Assembly (NCBI GenBank): GCA_951406725.2
Contig: OX597829.1
Coordinates: 20,894,001 to 20,958,000, forward strand
Source of the DNA: Octopus vulgaris
Lineage: Eukaryota
Reading direction: 5' to 3'
DNA: 64,000 bases
The position numbers and the translations under genes were made by a program. Of the stretch, positions 1 to 13,680 are shown one piece after another. The notes under the pieces are model-generated. The model was given only the letters and a program-made list of their open reading frames with translations, was not told the origin of the DNA and ran no database searches. Positions within the stretch are counted from its first letter, which is position 1; each line of letters opens with the position of its first letter.

Positions 1-83
1 AACAGTTCTAGATACAGTTGAAAAACATTGATAAATTAAGCTTATTTTTAGTGGTTCTGGAAATTAACCAATCTGTATGAAAA

Positions 84-117
<34 letters not shown>

Positions 118-310
118 CTTCTTTCTTAATGCCTACTATTCAGCTGTGATGTATCAGTGAGAGACTTATTTCTATACATGTTGCCTAAAATAATCCAACA
201 TTATAGTTTATAGTGTAATTTGAACTGATGATATTTGAGCATGGATCCTGACAATTCAATTTCAAAGCTACCAAAGTGAATGAGAGAAGAAAAAGTAAGT
301 CGAAGCATAC

Positions 311-447
311 TTGCTTGTTGCCACCAAAAGTTTTTATTTTCCCCTCTTCTTTTGCTTGAACAGCTTCTGCAATGGTAGCTTTCCGCTGATTTACAAATTC
401 TTCACTCTCTTTCTTTTCTTTAGAAACTTCAAGAGATTTGAAATTAT
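311..447 (-). CDS. TDRD3: TDRD3 coding exon 7 (DNFKSLEV...EEFVNQRKATIAEAVQAK...KTFGGNKQ)
   Basis: Lies within ORF 185..457; ttttag acceptor, GTATGC donor, 137 nt; resembles EFEKQRTAAIAEV...KTFGG. Confidence 0.88.
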
Positions 448-905
448 CTAAAAGCAATAAAATACAAAATAAACCATTAACTGTAAGTTTCCATAAGATG
501 ATATTATCGTCCTCAATTAAATCAACTTACACTGACTACCAAAAGGCTTATACATAAAAAAAAACAGGTCTGTGTTTACATTTCAGTTCTTTATTATTAA
601 AGCGACTGCTTTCATTAGCAGTAATAATGGGAACAAATGCTGAGCAGATTATTATCCAAAAGTAAGAAACATTTCAAACTTCAAGAAGAAAATATATTGA
701 AATAGAAAATATTTGTCTTCATTTACTGAATGTATTATTTTCAAAACACGAAAAACATTCTTGTCATTTTTTTTAAGCAATTGAGCAGTAATTGGAGGCC
801 ACTCTTAACTGTATACTATATACATGTTGCACTACCATTGTCACAAGAATAAAGCTTTACATAGCAATAACGTAATAAAATTATATAAATAAATTGATAA
901 GATAC

Positions 906-1008
906 CTGTTCTGACAAGTTGTGATTTTGTCATTCTTGGGCCAAATGGTATAAAAGGTGGTGGACCACCTTCTGAAATGATGCCAGCTCGATGTTGCTTA
1001 GCCAGCCG
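906..1008 (-). CDS. TDRD3: TDRD3 coding exon 6 (RLAKQHRAGIISEGGPPPFIPFGPRMTKSQLVRT)
   Basis: tttcag acceptor, GTATC donor, 103 nt; conserved EGGPPPFxPFG motif. Confidence 0.93.
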
Positions 1009-1591
1009 CTGAAATTACAGAAAATACAATCAATTCAGTAAATTCCACTACCTTCTCATACAAGGTAAATTACTCAATGCATATAAATTTGAATTCAGAA
1101 TAGTGAAATACCAAACTAGATTCAGACTACTAAACTGTGCCCAAAACCAAATTATCTCAGTATAATGGCATATACAGACCAGGCAGCTGAACAGGGAGCA
1201 ATGGATAGGGATTGTGGACCATTTCACCCATAATTTTTTGTTTTTTAATAATATGTGCCTGTATGCATCTTTGTATATAACATTAGTATTTATAGACAAT
1301 AGGCAACTGCTCTTTAAAAACATTAAAATGTAATTTTTAGCAGATCTCTATTTAGTTAGAGGTCTGTTTTCATTTAATTGTGTATTCTATTTAACAGTGC
1401 ATGTAAATAGGTCTGATTCTCTATTTTTGCTTCAAGTCCTGTGAGTGTCACCATGTCTTGTCTGCTTTTGATAGCTTGTTTTCATTGTGGTGGCTTGCTT
1501 AGAGTCATATACTAACAATGTATAGGGACTGATGATGTAACATGCATAACGATATTGCTGAAAATCTCTAGCAAACTCTTCTTGCCTGTTA

Positions 1592-1936
1592 TCTCTCTAT
1601 ATATATAAACTGCAAAATGTCTGCGTGCGTGTCCTTTATACAAATCCACAATTTTTCAGTTAGAGGGCTCACACTTTCTATGGTCATTCAAAACCGTCCA
1701 AGGGTGGTCGTGCACATCTTTACATTTCCCCAAAAAATCAATAGAAGTGACTTTTTGTGAATTTTCTATCCAAAACCCAATCAAAATGCCCAAAACTTGA
1801 TACGCCAATTGAATGCCAGCTAGCTGTATGTGATTGGTCAGAGATTTGGACAGTACTCGCGTGTATGTGCGCACGCACACAGCTGTATATGCATGCACTA
1901 GCATTATGACCCGGCAATGCCGGGTCATAGTGCTAG
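1592..1936 (+). mobile_element. Non-autonomous Helitron-like element
   Basis: 5' TC after A, subterminal hairpin gacccggca-a-tgccgggtc (1908-1926), 3' CTAG followed by T; no TSD. Confidence 0.7.
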
Positions 1937-2139
1937 TTTCTCTATAAAACACCAGACTAATTTTCTATATGGGAATAAATTGCTTCTTTTATATTCTTCC
2001 AGTTACTGCCTACAATTCTATAGAATAATTTCATGGGTTTATATTTCCTCAGATGTTTTGCATGTCTTTTCAGAAGTATATATTATGATCTACAATAAAA
2101 ACATATACTGCACATGACTAAAAACTCATATATATCGTG

Positions 2140-2465
2140 GCTTAGCATTTAGATTATTCTGTCAAATGCAATGATTATTTATCTACATTGTTTTGAGTTA
2201 ATTATGTATTATCTCATAGCTTCAAGATTGCTTGTTGTAGGGCAGGTATGAGAGGCTGGAGCTGGCTGATTTGAATATAAAACAAGTAGAATCTAAAACA
2301 TTAGGAAAGGCATCCAGCTGTAGAACCAAACCATGCCAAAATAGACATGGAGCCTGGACAGCTCTCATCAAACCATCCAACCCATGCCAGCATGGAAAAC
2401 AGACATTAGATGATGATCGTGATGATGATGATGGTGGTTGTGGTGATAATGGTGGTGATGATGAT
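2140..2465 (+). mobile_element. TTAA-MITE fragment followed by an RTE 3' tail ending in (GAT)n
   Basis: tagcatttagattattctgtcaaatg matches the unit at 60275-61153; aggaaaggcatccagctgtagaa...aacccatgccagcatgg...gatgatgat matches the RTE tail. Confidence 0.6.
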
Positions 2466-2724
2466 GGCCAGTTTAAACATAACACAAAATATTAGATATT
2501 AAATTTTTTTGAATTATGACAATAAATACTGTCCATGGATGTGTGTGCGTTTTTAGACATTCTTAAATTCTTTCCACTCCAAAAGGCCTTGAAACTTTAG
2601 ATAACAGCAGGGGCCTATATTTTATAGTGCAGCCACTTTCCAAAATCTAATTATTATTTCACCTATATATCAATAAGTAATTTTAGTGGAGTAAAGAAAC
2701 AGTTAAATCTTCTGCTACTATATT

Positions 2725-3835
2725 TTATCATCATTTAACATCCATTCTCCATGTTGGCATGGGTTGGACAGTTTGACTGGGCTGGCAAACTGGAAGGCTG
2801 CATCAGACTCTAGTCTGATTTGGCATGGTTTTCTATGGCTGGATGTCCTTCCTAACGCCAACCACTCTCAGAGTGTAATGGGTGCTTTTATGTTCCACTG
2901 GCACAGGTGCCATTTGTGCGACACCGAGGTGCGTTTACGTACCACTGGCACAAATGCCAATTTGCGTGACACCAGTATCTGCCACGACTGTGATTTTGCT
3001 CGGCTTGATGGGTCTTCTCAAGCATGACATAATGCCAAAGGTCTTGGTCATCGCCTCCATGAGGCCCAACACTTGAAAGGAACTCAGCCACTTTGCCTCT
3101 GGGAGGCCCAACGCACAAAAGAAACTCAGCCACTTTGCCTCAGTGAACATTCAAAGGATGTTCTTTACATGCCACTAGCATAGGTGCACTTGGCTTGACA
3201 GGTCCTCTCAAGCACGGCACATTGCCAAAGGTCTTGGTCGCCAGTCATTGCCTCTGTGAGGCTCAAGTTCAAAGATCATGCTTCACCACCTCATCCCATG
3301 TCTTCCTGGGTCTACCTCTACCACAGGTTCCCTCCACAGAGATCAGCATTTCTTTACATAGCTGTCCATACGCATCACATGACCATACCAGCACGGTCGT
3401 CTCTCTTGCACACCACATCTGATGCCTCTTATGCCTAACTTTTCTCCCAAGATGCTTACTCTCTGTTGAACATGCGCATTGACAATGCACATCCAGCAAA
3501 GCATACTGGCTTCATTACTTTCAAGCCTATCCTCAACCGTTATAGCTCATGTTCACAGCCATGCAGCATAGCTGTTCACATACAGGCTTCAAACAATCTG
3601 CCTTTCACTCCAGGAGAAAGGGCCTTTGTTGCCGGCAGGGGTAGCTCTCTGAACTTTGCCCAGCCTAATCTTATTCTCACAGCTACACTCTTAGAGCATC
3701 CACTTCCACTACTAACTTGGTCACCTAAATAACAGAAGCTGTCTACTGCCTCTAGCTTTTTCCCCTGACAGTTGATGGAGTCTATTTTCTGCACATTTCC
3801 AGTGCTTATTGTACCTGTGCACCTTCCACATACAA
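2725..3835 (-). mobile_element. 5'-truncated RTE-type LINE fragment (C-terminal ORF and 3' UTR)
   Basis: Translations DSFCYLGDQVSSG and VEGTCGRGRPRKTWDEVVKHDL belong to the same family as 8606-11980. Confidence 0.85.
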
Positions 3836-4872
3836 ATTTCTAATTAAAATACTGTATGTTTCAATTACATTCCAGAAAACTATGAATTTAGACTAGTTTG
3901 GAAAATAACTATAACTTTTATTAATATACTGAAGTACTTAAATGGTTCTTACATAAATTCATGTCAGAATTATTGTTTTCTCAAAACTAATTGTATATAA
4001 AATCAGTTCTCTGCCATTGGTATGAAATAACTGAACTGGAATATACAAAGGTACTTTATGACTATGACTGAGTCCAAGATTGGAAAAGAATTTAGAAAAG
4101 AAATACTTTTCAAGTTTTCACTCCATTCTCTTTTGAGAATTTATTTGTTACTGTTTTCAATACTGGTGTTTCAGTTGTTTTTGATACCAGAAGTCAAAAC
4201 ATTCAATCAAAATATAGTATGTATTTTGCATGTTGCATTTTATTGGCTGCAACCATTTTTGCCTTTGAAAATACTTCAAATTCAAATTACCTATAATTAA
4301 ATCTTAAGTTTACATAATCAAACAAAAAAAGTCAGATAAAACATTGTAGAAATAAAAAAAAAAGACAAAAAATTCCAACAACACAAAAGTCATGTCATAA
4401 CAATTTTGGAAGATACACAATTATTTTGTATCATTAGTGTATTCTGTGATCATGTTGATTGACATACAAATAGGTAAATCTGTGTAGTTTCAAGTGTTTT
4501 GACAACATATGACTAAAAGTGTTTTACTAACAAAAGAATTACAGAACTAAACATTTGGTCTGAAGAGTATCAGTTAAAATTCTTTCAAACAATAACTAAT
4601 TATAAACATAATTTTTGGTCAATAGTCATCAGTCCAAATTTTTAGATTTCTAATTGCCTTAAGCCAATTAACTGAAAAAGTAATTTCCATTTTCAGTCTA
4701 AGCTTTGTAGACCCAAATGATTCTTCCTTCAATCTTTCTCTTGCAAACACTTAATTGTGATGAATTTAAACATAATTTGTACCTTAGATTCTATAAAAAA
4801 TAATAGAAAACATATTTTAAAACAAAAATAGAATAGATTTGTGCATCTATTCTACACTGAAATTGGACCTAC

Positions 4873-5014
4873 CCGCTTCAGCTCCCAATTTTCAACAAGT
4901 TTTTCAACTCTGCCACCAATACCTTTGGTATTTTTACCATTCAGCTGTAAAAATCCATTCTCAACAGGAATGGTTCCAGTAAACAAAACTTTACTTCCTG
5001 GAGGAGTGTTCAAA
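4873..5014 (-). CDS. TDRD3: TDRD3 coding exon 5 (OB-fold; LNTPPGSKV...WELKR)
   Basis: Lies within ORF 4852..5073; tttcag acceptor, GTAGGT donor, 142 nt. Confidence 0.94.
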
Positions 5015-5907
5015 CTGAAATGATAATTGTGATTCTCAGTTCCTTTGATTTCTTGAATTAAGTTATTTTTCACATTTAGACAAGTACTTCTAACTGAGTC
5101 TAAACCTATTACAGTATACTTCCAGATATGACACTAAGACCATAAAAAACAAATCTTCAAATACAAAATATTCTTCTTTTCTATACTGCATTAAGTGCCT
5201 CTCTTTCATTGCTCTGTGAGCTGATTCACTTGTTCAACATCTGAAGTAAAACTTAACAGCTGCATAAGAAATTCCAAAAGTGAAAGTCACTTAACAAAAA
5301 TTACAGATCTATATTCAACTTATGTAAAAAAAAAAGTAGCTAAAAGAAATAGTTAATTTAACTTTATCTTTTTCCATTCCTCTTTCAAAAATTTCATCTA
5401 TTTGTACAAAAAAGATTCCCATCTTCCAAAATATTTATAGTTGCCAATATGCTAATTTCAAAATGGTGGAAAACATTAGAAAATTTGACATTAAAACAAT
5501 GAAGGAATAATTGACATCATACAAATTCCTTACTTATAAAGTGACACTAAATAATGACGGCTCATTAACAAATATATTGGACTGATCCAATGCAATTCTG
5601 GGCTGTAAGGGTGCAATGAAATGAATGAGGTGATTAGAGAGAATGTAAGAAATGAAGAGTGATGACAGAGATAGAGTGATAGAGATGTCATGGATGATTG
5701 AGATACAGACTGTAAATGATACAGAAGAATAAACAGATGAGAGAATATTAAGGTGTGGTGACAGTAGCTGGACGTTTAATATAATTTACTTGTATCTGCA
5801 GAAGATTCAAAGGCTGTATAAATATTAATAGTATAAAAAAAAAAATGATTATTGGTTTGAAAAAGTTTTGAAGTTTGCAACTGTATTTTTAAATTAAGAA
5901 AATTTAC

Positions 5908-6068
5908 CTGACAGAATTAATAGATTCTAATTCAATGCCATAACATGTGCAATGACCATCAGTCAAAGATAGTTTCAATAAGCGTGGAGCTGCCTGTGAT
6001 TCTTCATGTTCTTTAGGGGCAGATACATTGCGTATTTTCTGAATTTGGAGAACACAAGGACCTTGGAT
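5908..6068 (-). CDS. TDRD3: TDRD3 coding exon 4 (OB-fold; [19 protein letters not shown]...LTDGH)
   Basis: Lies within ORF 5904..6149; tttttcag acceptor, GTAAAT donor, 161 nt. Confidence 0.95.
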
Positions 6069-7134
6069 CTGAAAAATAATTAGGCAGTAAATATAATATA
6101 AAGTACTTTTTTTTTTTTTTTTTTTACACACACACAAAATTCTATCCATAAAATTTATGAAGATGAAGTTGAATCATAAGATAAATAATCTTCAATCGAG
6201 ACCATATCCCGCAGATCAAAGCTATTGGGAAAAGCTTACTGAACAAACAAAACAAACTGATTAAAATAATATTTAAGCAATGAAGTGTGTGTGTGTGTAT
6301 GAAAACATCCTTCAGTTATCTTAAGTAATGAGAAAAATAAGGAGATTGTGTGTGTGTGTGTGAATGTGTGTGCATGTGTTTATGTGTGTAGACATAGCTA
6401 TGTGGCTGAGAAGTTCACTTCAAATCCATGCAGCTTGTTCCAAACCTAAGGATGCAGTCAGCTATTGTTCTCTATTATACTTTCGGGTTGAGCAAAACAC
6501 ACACACATACATACACTTGATGGCTATCCACTTGCAACCAAGGAAGACTATCATTAACCATTGCCTATACAAAATGTCAGTAATGCCTGTGCATAAGGTT
6601 ACTGCACACACATTAGCTTGACCCCAGGCTCATACCTGTGGCTTCCATGCTTGCTGCAGTGCCCTCCTACACAACTAGACATCAGAAAGTTACAGTGTCA
6701 GCAATCGCACAGCTGAAAATTTTAGGTCCACTAAAGCTTGCACCACACCTTACAGAACCATTTCTAGACTGACCCAACACTTACCAGCAAAAACATGTTG
6801 GTAGAAACTAGGATAAAACAATGCATAAAGAGGAGACACTGACATCCAAACTGACTAGAAGGGTAATGACTCTCAAGTGGGGAAGGGGAGTGACCCAAAC
6901 TGTGAAGACAGATTCAATCCAGCCAAACATGGAAAGCAGATATCAAAAAATGAAAGCTTAAAGACTATAAGAAAAAACTCTGCAACAACTTGCAATGGAA
7001 GAAATACCTGACCACTAGCATCCACATACAATGTTAAAGCAATATGAATGGTGAATGTTGATGGAAATTATTTTTCAATGATATCTAAAAAGGAAGTAAA
7101 AAAAAACATAATTAAAAGCAAACCTTATGCTTAC

Positions 7135-7200
7135 ATAGTCTATCTTGCCTCGGTTAATATCATCTGGCAGGAATTTTTGACCGATATTTCTCAGGTCAAC
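7135..7200 (-). CDS. TDRD3: TDRD3 coding exon 3 (VDLRNIGQKFLPDDINRGKIDY)
   Basis: ttttcag acceptor, GTAAGC donor, 66 nt; resembles TDLRTIGKKFLPSDINSGK. Confidence 0.92.
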
Positions 7201-7299
7201 CTGAAAATGATACAAATACACAAAAGTTCATTAAATACATCTATTAACATATATACATACATAAATATGAACAAATATATACATACACCTTCATATATA

Positions 7300-8543
7300 T
7301 CAGGTCATCCCAGAAGTTCTGAATTTTGAATAAAGAAAACAAGTGATCAAATATATTTAATTGAAATTTAAGCATCAATGTACTTTCCCTGATTATCTAT
7401 GACTTCCTTCCATCTATTTACAAGCTTTTTAATCCCATCAATGTAAAACTCTTTTGATTTAAAAGCGAAAAACTCTGAAATGTCAGTTTCGACCTCCTTC
7501 TGGCTTGCAAAAATTATGTCCCCCAAATGATTCTGTAAACTATGAAAGAAATGGTAGTCTGAAGGAGCAAGGTTGGGAGAATATGGTAGATGAGGAATGT
7601 TTTCCCAACCAAGCTCTTCAATCTTGTGATGTGATCTTTGCAGTGTGGGGTCACGCATTGTCCTGGTGAAACATCAAAGTGGGTCTTTTTTCCTTCAAAG
7701 CTTGGTTGAAACACTAATTGCTAACAGTAGACTTGAGCATTGATTGTTGCATTAGGTGGTAACAATTCAAAGTAAATTACTCCTTTGCAATCCCACCAGA
7801 TATAGAGAAGAACCTTTTTCCCATGAAGTTCTGTTCTTGGTTGTGGTTGAGCTTTTTCCTTTTTATTAAGCCACCTTTTACGACGTTTAACATTTCAATA
7901 GCAGATCCATTTTTCGTTACCAGTCACAAGTCTATCCAAAAAGGGTGAAATGAGTTCGCAAGAATGAAGAGAAGAGCAGATGTCAACTCGGGATTTGTGG
8001 TTGCTTTCCAACAATTCATGAGGCACCCGTGAAACTTTCCAAGTTGTTGAAGATGACGATGAACAGTTGTATGGTTTGAACTAAGCTTTATTGCCAATTC
8101 TTCAACAGATAATGCAGGATTTCCTTCAAGTAATGTCTCAAGGAGCTTATCATCAAGCTCAACTGGACGTCCTGTTGGATCTTCATCTTCAAGGCTGAAA
8201 TCTCCAATTCTGAATTTTGCAAACAATCTTCTGCAAGTTCTTTCATTAAAGCATTCTTTACCATAAACTGAGTGTATGTTTCAAGTCGCTTCAGCTGCAG
8301 AGTTTCTTTTTTTGTACTCATAAAGCATTATGTGCTTCAAATGCTCTTTGGATACTTCCATGTTAGAAAGGGTTTTAATCGAAGGAATTTTAATTCTACT
8401 ATTCTGTAAAATAATATTTAATTAGTTTAAATATACACAAATGCATAAAAATAATTTTTAATTCCATTAGACATTCTAAAATACTATTAAATTTCATTCA
8501 ATTTTAAAAGAGTAAAATCGGACAGAATTTATGGGATGACCTG

Positions 8544-8544
<1 letters not shown>
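7300..8544 (-). mobile_element. Full-length but decayed mariner (Tc1/mariner) transposon
   Basis: TIRs tcaggtcatccca(g/t)aa(g/a)ttctg at both ends, TA on the left. The transposase runs from ATG 8361 (MEVSKEHLKHIMLYEYKK) to stop 7368 with frameshifts; PYSPNLAPSDYHFF motif present. Confidence 0.92.
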
Positions 8545-8588
<44 letters not shown>

Positions 8589-8605
8589 CGTGCGTGTGTG
8601 TGTGT
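8545..8605. repeat. (TG)n/(TGCG)n microsatellite
   Basis: Direct reading. Confidence 0.95.
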
Positions 8606-11600
8606 GATGCATCCAAGAAGTAAGGTGGAGAGGAGGTTCTACTAGGTTCCTCAAGGGCAAAGAACACAGGTACAAGATTTTCTGGCCAGGGAACACTGAC
8701 GGGGTTGGGGGCGTGGGTATACTTCTCGCTCAAAAATGGATAGATAAGGTAATTGAGGTAATCAGAGTAAGTGACAGAATACTTAAGATTAGATTAGTGC
8801 TTCATCATAGATTAGCAACCATTATATCGGCCTATGCCCCTCAGCCGAGGCTACCCGATGGACAGAAAGACCGATTCTATGACGCCCTACTGCAGACTAC
8901 CTCGTTGACGAACAACGGAGACCTTCTCTTTGTGGCTGGTGATTTCAATGGGCATGTTCCCGCAACGAGGAGGGAACCAGGCTGCTGGAGTTCTGCGATG
9001 CAAATGATTTTATGGTTTGCAACACTAACTTCAGGAAACCTACCAGCCACCTAGTCACCTACCAATCGGGTCGACATACAAGCCAAATTGACTACATCCT
9101 TGCCAGGAAAAGGGAAAGATGGCTGCTTATAAATGCCAAAACCTTCCCAGGCGAAGAATGTACCCCACAACATAGACTGGTAGTTAGTGACTTTAGGATC
9201 AGGACTAAGAGGACGACCAGAAGACGACCAACATGGAGAAGAAGGATCTGGAAGCTTAAAGATCCTGCGAATGGACAGAGATTTAGGGACATATTACTTG
9301 AAGCCTTTGACGAAGTAGAAGGGGATATAGCTTCACATGGGGTAGAAGACAACTGGAGGATTCTAAGGGACATCCTGCTGAGAGCCGCTGACCAGATCTG
9401 TGGCTGGTGCAAAGTCCTCTCTCAACCTAAAATAATGTAGTGGTGGAACAATGTTGTAGACAGGGCTATTAGAGAAAAGAGACAGGCTTCGAAGGACTGG
9501 AAGAATGGGGGTAGCAGGGAAGTGTATCAGACTGCCAAAAGAGAAGCTAGGGAGACAGGTTTATTTAGCCAGAGGGGAAGCAGATAAGAAAAAATTTGCC
9601 AATGTTCTGCACCGTGAGGACCAACAACTTGAAGTATTTCGTGTTGCAAGACAGTGTATGAGAGAGAATTGTGATGTGGTAGGAGAGAAATGTGTTCGCA
9701 TGGATGATGGTTCACTTGCACTAAATAAGGATGCAAAGAGAGAGGTTTGGAGATGCCACTATGAAAGGTTGCTGAATAAAGAAAATGAATGGGATAAAGA
9801 GAGTCTGCCAAATGTCAACCCAACAGAGGGACCAGCTATCCGAGTTGACAGTTCCTTGGTAGTTAAGGCAATTAGAAGCATGAAGACAGGGAAAGCCCCA
9901 GGCCCATCAAGAATTACTGCAGAGATGCTCAAAATATCTGGTAGTGTCAGCCATAGCCTAGTCACCCGTATAGTTAACCAGGTGATACACGAAGGAGTCA
10001 TACCCAATGACTGGTATAGCAGCATAATAGTCAACTGCTACAAAGGTAAAAGTGACGCCCTAGATACAAATAATTACAGAGGTATCAAGATGTTGGATCA
10101 GATAATGAAGGTTACGGAGAGGGTCATAGCCCAACTGATTAGAGAGAGAGTTAGTTTAGATGAGATGCAGTTTGGGTTTGTGCCAGCGAAAAGCACCACT
10201 GATGCCATATTCCTGGTAAGACAGCTGCAGGAGAAATATCTAGCCAAAGATAAGCCCCTGTACCTGGCTTTCGTTGACATGGAGAAAACCTTCGACAGGG
10301 TCCCCTGATCCCTCATCTGGTGGTCAATGAGGAAACTAGGGATAGATGAATGGTTAGTGAGAGCTGTGCAAGCCATGTACGGGGACACTGCTAGTAAGGT
10401 GAGGGTTGGCAACGAGTACAGTTAAGAATTCCGGGTAGAGGTAGGGGTCCACCAAGGTTCAGTCCTCTGCCCCCTCCTATTTATCATAGACCTCCAGGCA
10501 ATAACGGAGGAATTCAAGATAGGATGCCCCTGGGAGCTCCTCTATGCTGATGACCTTGCTCTAATTGCTGAGTCACTATCAGAACTGGAGGAGAAGTTTC
10601 AAGTCTGGAAGCAAGGATTAGAATCGAAAGGCCTTAGAGTCAACCTAGCTAAAACCAAAGTCCTAATAAGTAGGAAGGTAGACAAGTCACAAACGCCGTC
10701 AGGTAGATGGCCCTGCTCGATCTGTAGAAAAGGCGTAGGTAGAAACTCTATAAGATGCACCAAGTGTAAGCTATGGACACATAAGAGGTGAAGCAACGTC
10801 AAGGGAAGGCTAACTAGGAAAATAGTTTTTATTTGTGGCAGATGCTCAGGAGCAATAAACACTGAAAATGCACAGAGACCAACTTCCGCCACATTCCAGG
10901 GAGAAAAACTAGAAATAGTTGATAGCTTCCGTTACCTAGGTGACCAAGTCAGTAGCGGGGGCGGGTGTGTTGAAAGTTTAACTGCTAGAGTAAGAATAGC
11001 CTGGGCAAAGTTCAGAGGGCTCTTACCCCTGCTGGGGACAAAAGGCCTCTCGCTCAGAGCAAAAGGCAGACTGTATGATGCATGTGTATGAACAGCCATG
11101 CTACATGGCAGTGAAACGTGGGCCGTGACTGCTGAGGATATGCGTAAGCTCACAAGAAATGAAGCCAGTATGCTCCGATGGATGTGTAATGTCAGTGTTC
11201 ATACTCGACAGAGTGTAAAAGCATCAGTTGTGGTGTGCAAGAGAGACGTTTGCAGTGGTATGGTGAGAATGAATGAAGATAGTTGTGTGAAAAAGTGCCA
11301 CACCCTAGCGGTTGAGGGAACCTGAGGAAGAGGTAGACCCAGGAAAACTTGGGACGAGGTGGTGAAGCACGACCTTCGAACTTTAGGTCTCACCAAGGAA
11401 ATGACTAGAGACCGAGACCTTTGGAAGTATGCTGTGCGTGAGAAGACCCGGCAGGACAAGTGAGACCATAACCCGTAGCCTCAGTCCACTTATGCATACC
11501 TTTCCTTCTTAGGACACAAAACTCTACTTGTGAAGACCTGTTGAGGCAAGTGAAAATCAAAATCAATCAACATCAATGGAAATTGTAGCTGTGATACCAG

Positions 11601-11980
11601 TGCTGGTGGCACATAAGAGAACCATCCGAACATGGCCGCTGCCAGCGCCGCCCCGACTGGCCTCCGTGCCAGTGGCACGTAAAAAGTACCATCCGATCGT
11701 GGCTGTTGCCAGCCTTGCCTGGCCTCCGTGCCGGTGGCATGTAAAAAGCATCATCTGATCGTGGCCGTCTGCCAGCCTCGTCTGGCGTCTGTGCCGGTGG
11801 CACATAAAAAGCACCCACTACACTCATGGAGTTGTTGGCATTAGGAAGGGCATCCAGCTGTAGAAACATTGCCAGATCAGACTGGGCCTGGTGCAGCCTT
11901 CTGGCTTCCCAGACCCCAGTTGAACCGTCCAACCCATGCCAGCATGGAAAGTGGACGCTAAACGACGATGATGATGATGA
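8606..11980 (+). mobile_element. RTE-type non-LTR retrotransposon, near full length, inactivated (APE endonuclease + RT + Cys-rich segment + 3' UTR + (GAT)n tail)
   Basis: AYAPQ...AGDFNGHV, SQIDYIL, NYRGIKML, QFGF...STTDAIF, FVDMEKTFDRVP, LLYADDLAL, RGRPRKTW; several stops and frameshifts; tail ...aacgacgatgatgatgatga. Confidence 0.95.
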
Positions 11981-13269
11981 CATACACACACTCATGATGA
12001 GCTACTTTTAGTATCCATCAACTCAAATCCTTTCAAAAGGCTTTGGTCAATAAAGGGACATAGTACAAGGCACTTGCAAAAGGTGCTACACACTGGGACT
12101 GAACTCAAGATCACAGGGTTGGAAAACAAACTCCTTAACCTCACAACTATGCATACACACACATCCTAAAACCACTTAGTCATGCTTGTATGTGCAGGGC
12201 TTTGTCTTACTCCTCTCTTTTTCTGACACATCAGCCCCCACCCCTGAATTCTCTTCCTTTAACACCGCTCGCTCCTCCTCTAAGGAGTTACTTAGTTACT
12301 ATAATCAACTGAGAGCAGAATTGGTACATATTACATCTCCCTTCTAGTCACCTCCCTCCCTACCCCACAGAACCAATTCCATTCCACATTATCATCCCTG
12401 CTTACACTATCTCTACCAATCACCTCTTTCTGTGCCTTCAGTCACTTTCTCCCCTCAGTTATACTCCATTCTTAACACCTTATTTGCTACCATTCTCAAT
12501 GCCCCCTCATTTCTACTATCATGTCTCACATTCTTTGACTTCTTATGTACCTCTATATCACCTTTTCCACTGCTCCTACATCTTGCACATCATATCATTA
12601 CTTCTCATCCACTCCTATATCTCACACCATACTGGTACTTATCCCTCTCTGGACTGATATTTCCTTACAACTGCACCTTCACCTGTGTTCATTACTCACT
12701 ACATTCACATCTACCTGCATCTTTAACTATCTGTTAATTCCCCCTTCATACTCTTATGAGAGTATCCACTCTCTCATGACCCTCTGTCCATATCCTCTCT
12801 TATCCCTCCACCTCTTGTATTTGAGAGCTTGCTCTAGCAACCTATCAGAATGTTCTTTTTATCTCCTTCAGTCATGTATCTTCTCTGTAGCAAGACACCT
12901 ATGCTTGTCTCTACATCATACATTAGCCTTTCAATACTTGGCATAAAGTCACCCACCTGCACTTTCACCCTCTACAATACTGCCCTTTTAGAAGTAGGAT
13001 ATTTTTCCTTTTACTTTTTTCTTGTTCTTTTTCTGCCTTTCAACCTAACTAATGCCAGTGGCACAAAAAAGAAAACACCTAGTGCAATTTAAGTAGTTGG
13101 CATTAGGAAGGGCATGCAGCTAATATAACAACCTCAACGCAGAGTCACAGCTTGCCAACTCCCGCCAAACCCAAAGCAGTATGGCAAGTAGAGAATAAAT
13201 GATGTTGAAAAAAAAAATTATATTTTATATATATATATATACATACATACACTCACACACACATATAAG

Positions 13270-13680
13270 TGAAGGAGTGGCTGGGTTCTAAAGAAGTTTG
13301 CTTCCCAAACACATGGTTCCAGGTTTAGTACTACTGCCTGGCACCTTTGGCAAGTGTCTTCTACTATAGCCATGGGCCAACCAAAATCTTGTCAGTGAAT
13401 TTGGTAGACAGAACTGAAAGAAGCATATTGTGTGTGTATGTGTGTGTGCACGCATATGTATGTGTGTGTGTGTGTGTGTGTCCTGCAAACACTTGACAAC
13501 TGGTGTTGATTTGCTTACATCCCTGTAACTTAGTGGTTTGGCATAAAAGACTGATAGAATAAGTACCAAGCTTAAAGAAAAAAAAGTACTGGTGTTGATT
13601 CATTCAACTAAAAACTTTCAAAGCAGTGCCCCATGATGGCTGCACTCCAATGACTGAAACAAGTTAAAGATAAAAGATAT
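13270..13680 (+). mobile_element. tRNA-derived SINE, family A (ggagtggctgtgtggtaag head; gactgaaacaagtaaaag tail)
   Basis: Many related copies in the window, e.g. about 17415-17805(-), 34890-35165(-), 43800-44110, 46140-46505, 53075-53450(-), 54265-54560, 58930-59290(-), 59360-59772(-). Confidence 0.75.

Noticed and set aside
4852-6149. RMI1 as the identity of the OB-fold exons
   Set aside because: The neighbouring exons give EGGPPPFIPFG and QRKATIAE...KTFGG, which are TDRD3 features.
11600-11820. CRISPR-like array of palindromic repeats
   Set aside because: The intervening sequences are homologous to each other, the array lies in a LINE 3' UTR in eukaryotic DNA, and there are no cas genes.
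12200-13040. Overlapping ORFs in a pyrimidine-rich tract
   Set aside because: Biased composition and no recognisable motif; probably decayed repeat.
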